Assembly: GCA_001179505.1 (NCBI GenBank) | Contig: CDMY01000047.1 | Coordinates: 139,915 to 203,914 of the forward strand | Origin: Vitrella brassicaformis CCMP3155 | Lineage: Eukaryota; Protista; Chromerida | Reading direction: 5' to 3' | DNA: 64,000 bases | Part shown: positions 60,565-64,000 of the stretch, piece after piece | Layout: each line of letters opens with the position of its first letter | How positions within the stretch are numbered: the stretch's first letter is position 1 | The notes under the pieces: generated by a model | Told to the model about the DNA's origin: nothing | The model's input: only the letters and a program-made list of their open reading frames with translations | Database searches by the model: none | Position numbers and translations under genes: made by a program

Positions 60565-61052
60565 GTGCTCTACACGGACGTTTGATGGATTCATCTATCT
60601 GCAATGAGTGGAGTCCCCACTGACTCCGGTGGACTCACACAAAGAACGCCCTTTCGCTCTCTGTCCCGCTTTGCCTCCCACCCCCGCCACCACCTCAGTC
60701 CCACAGTGCACTCACACGGCACCGAAAGACCAAGGTGACGGTGGCCGTGGTAGACAGAAGGCAGGCCAGTGAGCTGCCGGGAGGTGTGTCCAATGCAACG
60801 ACGAGATGACAGACTGACTGAGGGTCTCATGTCGGGCAGATACACAGGGCCGGCCTGTCTGTCTGTCTGTCTGGTGTGTGTGGGTGTTGCTTGCTTCCTT
60901 TGGTCTGTCCTCTCTGTCCTCCGGCCGCCGCCCCGCCACCGATCCACCACACACCATGCCACGAGTGACATGGAAGGGTGGCGAGCATGGCGACGAAGGA
61001 CGACGAGAGGGACAGACGAAAGGCGACACTCAAGGATGAAGGCAAAACACAG
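60565..61052 (-). mobile_element. Full-length copy of the ~480-bp dispersed element, reverse orientation
   Basis: The reverse complement aligns with 51327-51810 end to end (ttgccttcatccttgag...gatgaatccatcaaacgtccgt). Confidence 0.8.
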
Positions 61053-61077
61053 CAACAACATGTTTATCTTCCTCCCC

Positions 61078-61108
<31 letters not shown>

Positions 61109-61503
61109 AAAGACAACAGTGGCGGCTGACCATGGTCGACGGAAAAGGGAGAGGACCACCATTCATTCGTCAAACCATGCCAGTGGCGGCCAGCTTGGGG
61201 CCGCTGTCTGATACCCAGACACTTACATACATAAGCATGAGCGATATGGACTGACTGCTCCCGGCCGGTGGGCATAGCAGCCTAGTATTACTTACCCACA
61301 CCCTTCACACTGACACTCACAGGCTACAGCCGAGGGCCCGTACCGTACACCACCTTACCACGCACACAGACGATATGCACACATCTATATATAGACCAGA
61401 CACCAAAGCCTCTCCCGCCCGCCGGCAACGCGCCATGCAGGGAGTCTGGCACTAAAGGGAGGGAGAAGAAAATCGCGCAGTGATGTGTTGCTCGGTCGGT
61501 CGG

Positions 61504-61624
61504 TCACACGGAGAGCTCTGGGCGCCCCTCGCGGGACTCGTCGAGCACCTCCCTGATCCAGTAGTTCATCTCGCGCACGCCTTCGGCTATCTGCGCAGAC
61601 CGACAGATGGAGGCCCTCTGCACG

Positions 61625-61655
<31 letters not shown>

Positions 61656-63584
61656 GTCAGGGTAAACGTGGCCGCTATCCATCTCTCCATCTAGACCTCG
61701 AAGCCTGGTGGGAAGCTCTGCTCGCCATAGAAACCCCACTGCATTGCATATCAAATGCCAGCACACACACACACGGGGGGGTTTGAGGAGCCGGTGAGGC
61801 TGGCAGGCAGGCAGGCAGGCAGTGAGTGCGGGATTGAGCAACTGACCTGGTCATGGTTGCCGCCCTCAACTATGTGCCACGCAAAGTTGCCCCTGGGGAT
61901 GATATTTGCCGACAAGAACCGCTCATCGATCGTCCGAATGGCAACTGACACACAACCCCAGCGATCCACCCGCGCCCGCAACTGTCTGTCTCTTCTGGTG
62001 CTCACTATCAACTTCATCATCGCCCTCTCTGAGAAAGTCCCGTGAGCCGACCACCAGCAGGAATCGGAGTCTCGCCGCCCCCTCGCTGCCCTCCTCAGCC
62101 AGGCGGGTGAAGTTGGCGGTGCCGACCGCTCCAAGTGACCCCGCCACCAACACCCCGCCACGGACACGTGGGACGGATGACGGTGTCGCCATGTCGCTGA
62201 ACGCCTCACAGAAGGCACCCACTGCGTAGCCGCCTGGGAAGCAGATCCATTCATCCACAGACAGACAGACAGACAGATGTTCAGACATCCGCCACGCTGT
62301 GTGTTATGCGTTCGCACCTGCCGAGTGTCCCATTGCGAACCAGTCGGTGGTCTCATTGCCGAACTTCTCGAGCACGGTGCCGCCCTGATCCACCGGACTG
62401 ATGGGCGAGAGGTTGATGGGCGAGATGAGGGCCACAATGAGGTACCCCCTGGCAGCCAGAGGCCGCAGCAGCCCGGCGTAGGCCTCGGTCGGGACGTAGG
62501 CACCCACATAGAAGACGATGCCGGCACGGTAGGGCTTCCTATCCCCGCCGCCGCCGCCGCCCCGAAAGACAATCCACCCCCTCTTCTCGTCGGTCTCCAC
62601 CTGGACGCCATCGCCGCTCCGCAGGTACTGCTTGCCCTGGTGCTCCACAGCGGGGTAGTGCAGGCCGCCTAGCACCAGCTGGAGAGGCCGGTCCGTGAAG
62701 GAGTCATTCGAGCTGCCGATGAGTGCGTCAACGAGCCTCTGCCGCTCGTCGAGGCGTGCATTGGGGGCGAAAGAGTCGTCGTGTGTGTTTGGCACGGATG
62801 GCGGTGGGCATGGCAGCTCGTGCCAGGCCAAGTCGGCATGGGTGACGTTGGGCAGCAGCTTGACAAGGGGGTTGATGGGGTAGTGGGACAGGGAGGCCTG
62901 GATGGCCGACAGGGGGACGGTCTCATCGCTTTCACCGCCAAAGACCTGCACGAGGATGTTCTTCTCCCTCAGCGTCTTGCGCTGGTCCTCAGGCACCCCC
63001 CCTAGAACGACCAGGCCTTTCACCTGGGAACCGGACACACAGACACACACACAGACACAGATGCAGAGCGATGGACAATCAATCGCATGGTCAACAGGCG
63101 AGAGTGAATGCACTGCATTGCATGTCTGTCTTGCCTTCGGATGGAAGTTCAGGGCGAACTGCACAGCGGTCCTGACGCCCTTGCCCTGCCCGAGCACACC
63201 CCAAAACGCCACCTCGTGCTTCTCCATCTCCTCCAGTAGGTCCCACACACACGTGCTACACGAAGGCACGATCACCAAAGCGTTCCGCAGAAACCCTCCG
63301 CCCATCACCAGCTCCGTCACCAGCTGGTGCGCCAGCGGCGCAAGGGCCCAAGAGTCGATGGCAGGATCAGGGAAGATCAGCAGGCCGCGCAGCGACTCAT
63401 TGGCAGCAGCAGTGCGGCCTTGGAAGGTAAGAGTCCCCGCCGTGTCGGTGACGTTGATGCTCTCGGTTGATTCCAGATAAGGCCGCACCGCCTCGATGGG
63501 TCTGCAGATGGGGTCAGACACTTGGGAAGCGGCATGAGCGATGAGAAGCGCCCAGAGCCCGGAGTTCTGAATGAATCTTGGCAT
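61504..63584 (-). CDS. Secreted-type tandem alpha/beta-hydrolase (Abhydrolase_5-like): degenerate domain 1 + intact domain 2
   Basis: Domain 2: GIVFYVGAYVPTEAYAGLLRPLAARGY, WFAMGHSAG|GYA, LLVVGSRD, WHIVEGGNHDQ|WGFYGEQ, RASICRSAQ. Domain 1: GLLIFPDPAIDSWALAPLAHQL, LGQGKG, FGGESD, LPNVTHAD. Confidence 0.88.
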
Positions 63585-64000
63585 GCCGTCGAGGAAGGAG
63601 TTATAGATCACAGCGTAGCTCAAGTTGCGAGTAGAAGTGTGAGGAAAGCAGAGACAGAAGACCGGCCCGCTGTGTCAGAGGCTGCGCGTGTTGGGGTAGA
63701 TCCCGCCGTGTAATGCAACTGCATGCTGAGAACCCTGAGCACTCTGAACTGTCCCTCCTTCTCGTGAACCGTCCCTCTGGCTCATCTGTTGCCTTAACGG
63801 GCAACGACAGCGATCCTCCACAGCCACTCTCATCTACCGACATGGGCGCAGCAAGTCGTTCTGGCTGTCGCTGCTGAGCCAAGATCTGCCCAGATCTTCG
63901 TCACCCCCTCGTCCATTCGACCTCCCTCGGTCTTCCCTCAGACCCCCACACTCGCCGCTCGACTCCCGTCGACTCCCCTCGCCTCCTGACCAAGCTCCGC

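Noticed and set aside
1-64000. rRNA, tRNA, snRNA or integrated viral/transposase genes
   Set aside because: No recognisable conserved RNA-gene sequence or RT/integrase/capsid motifs seen by eye. tRNAscan-SE and Infernal would be needed to exclude them formally.

Overview
Eukaryotic nuclear DNA with many short GT-AG introns packed with (CA)n, (GACA)n and (CCAT)n microsatellites. These features plus ApiAP2-like domains point to a chromerid alveolate such as Vitrella brassicaformis (inference, not database-checked). I assembled about 17 spliced genes by hand: a giant USP10/Ubp3-like deubiquitinase (3' end outside the window), a probably plastid-targeted membrane protein, RAD51, a small 3-TM protein, CFAP144/FAM183-like, PC4/SUB1, a TPR + 2 cNMP-domain protein, a long coiled-coil protein, a two-domain polycystin/TRPP channel, a SET + Tudor-like + five AP2-like domain protein, a secreted orphan, a germin/cupin + EGF gene with a truncated duplicate, an F-box protein, a secreted coiled-coil protein, a low-complexity orphan, an RWWY..WPP-domain protein and a tandem alpha/beta-hydrolase. 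Non-coding structure includes a ~480-bp dispersed element in 4 copies, a ~1.9-kb direct duplication around a ~1-kb insert, telomere-like repeat clusters, a sense-oriented upstream motif TGCGAGCT, and five 300-N gaps next to G/C homopolymers. The most striking items are the SET-Tudor-AP2 fusion with a degenerate SET active site, the head-to-head gene pairs sharing the oriented motif, and the tandem TRPP channel with asymmetric pores. No rRNA, tRNA or CRISPR was seen. Exon boundaries were read by eye and several gene ends are approximate.
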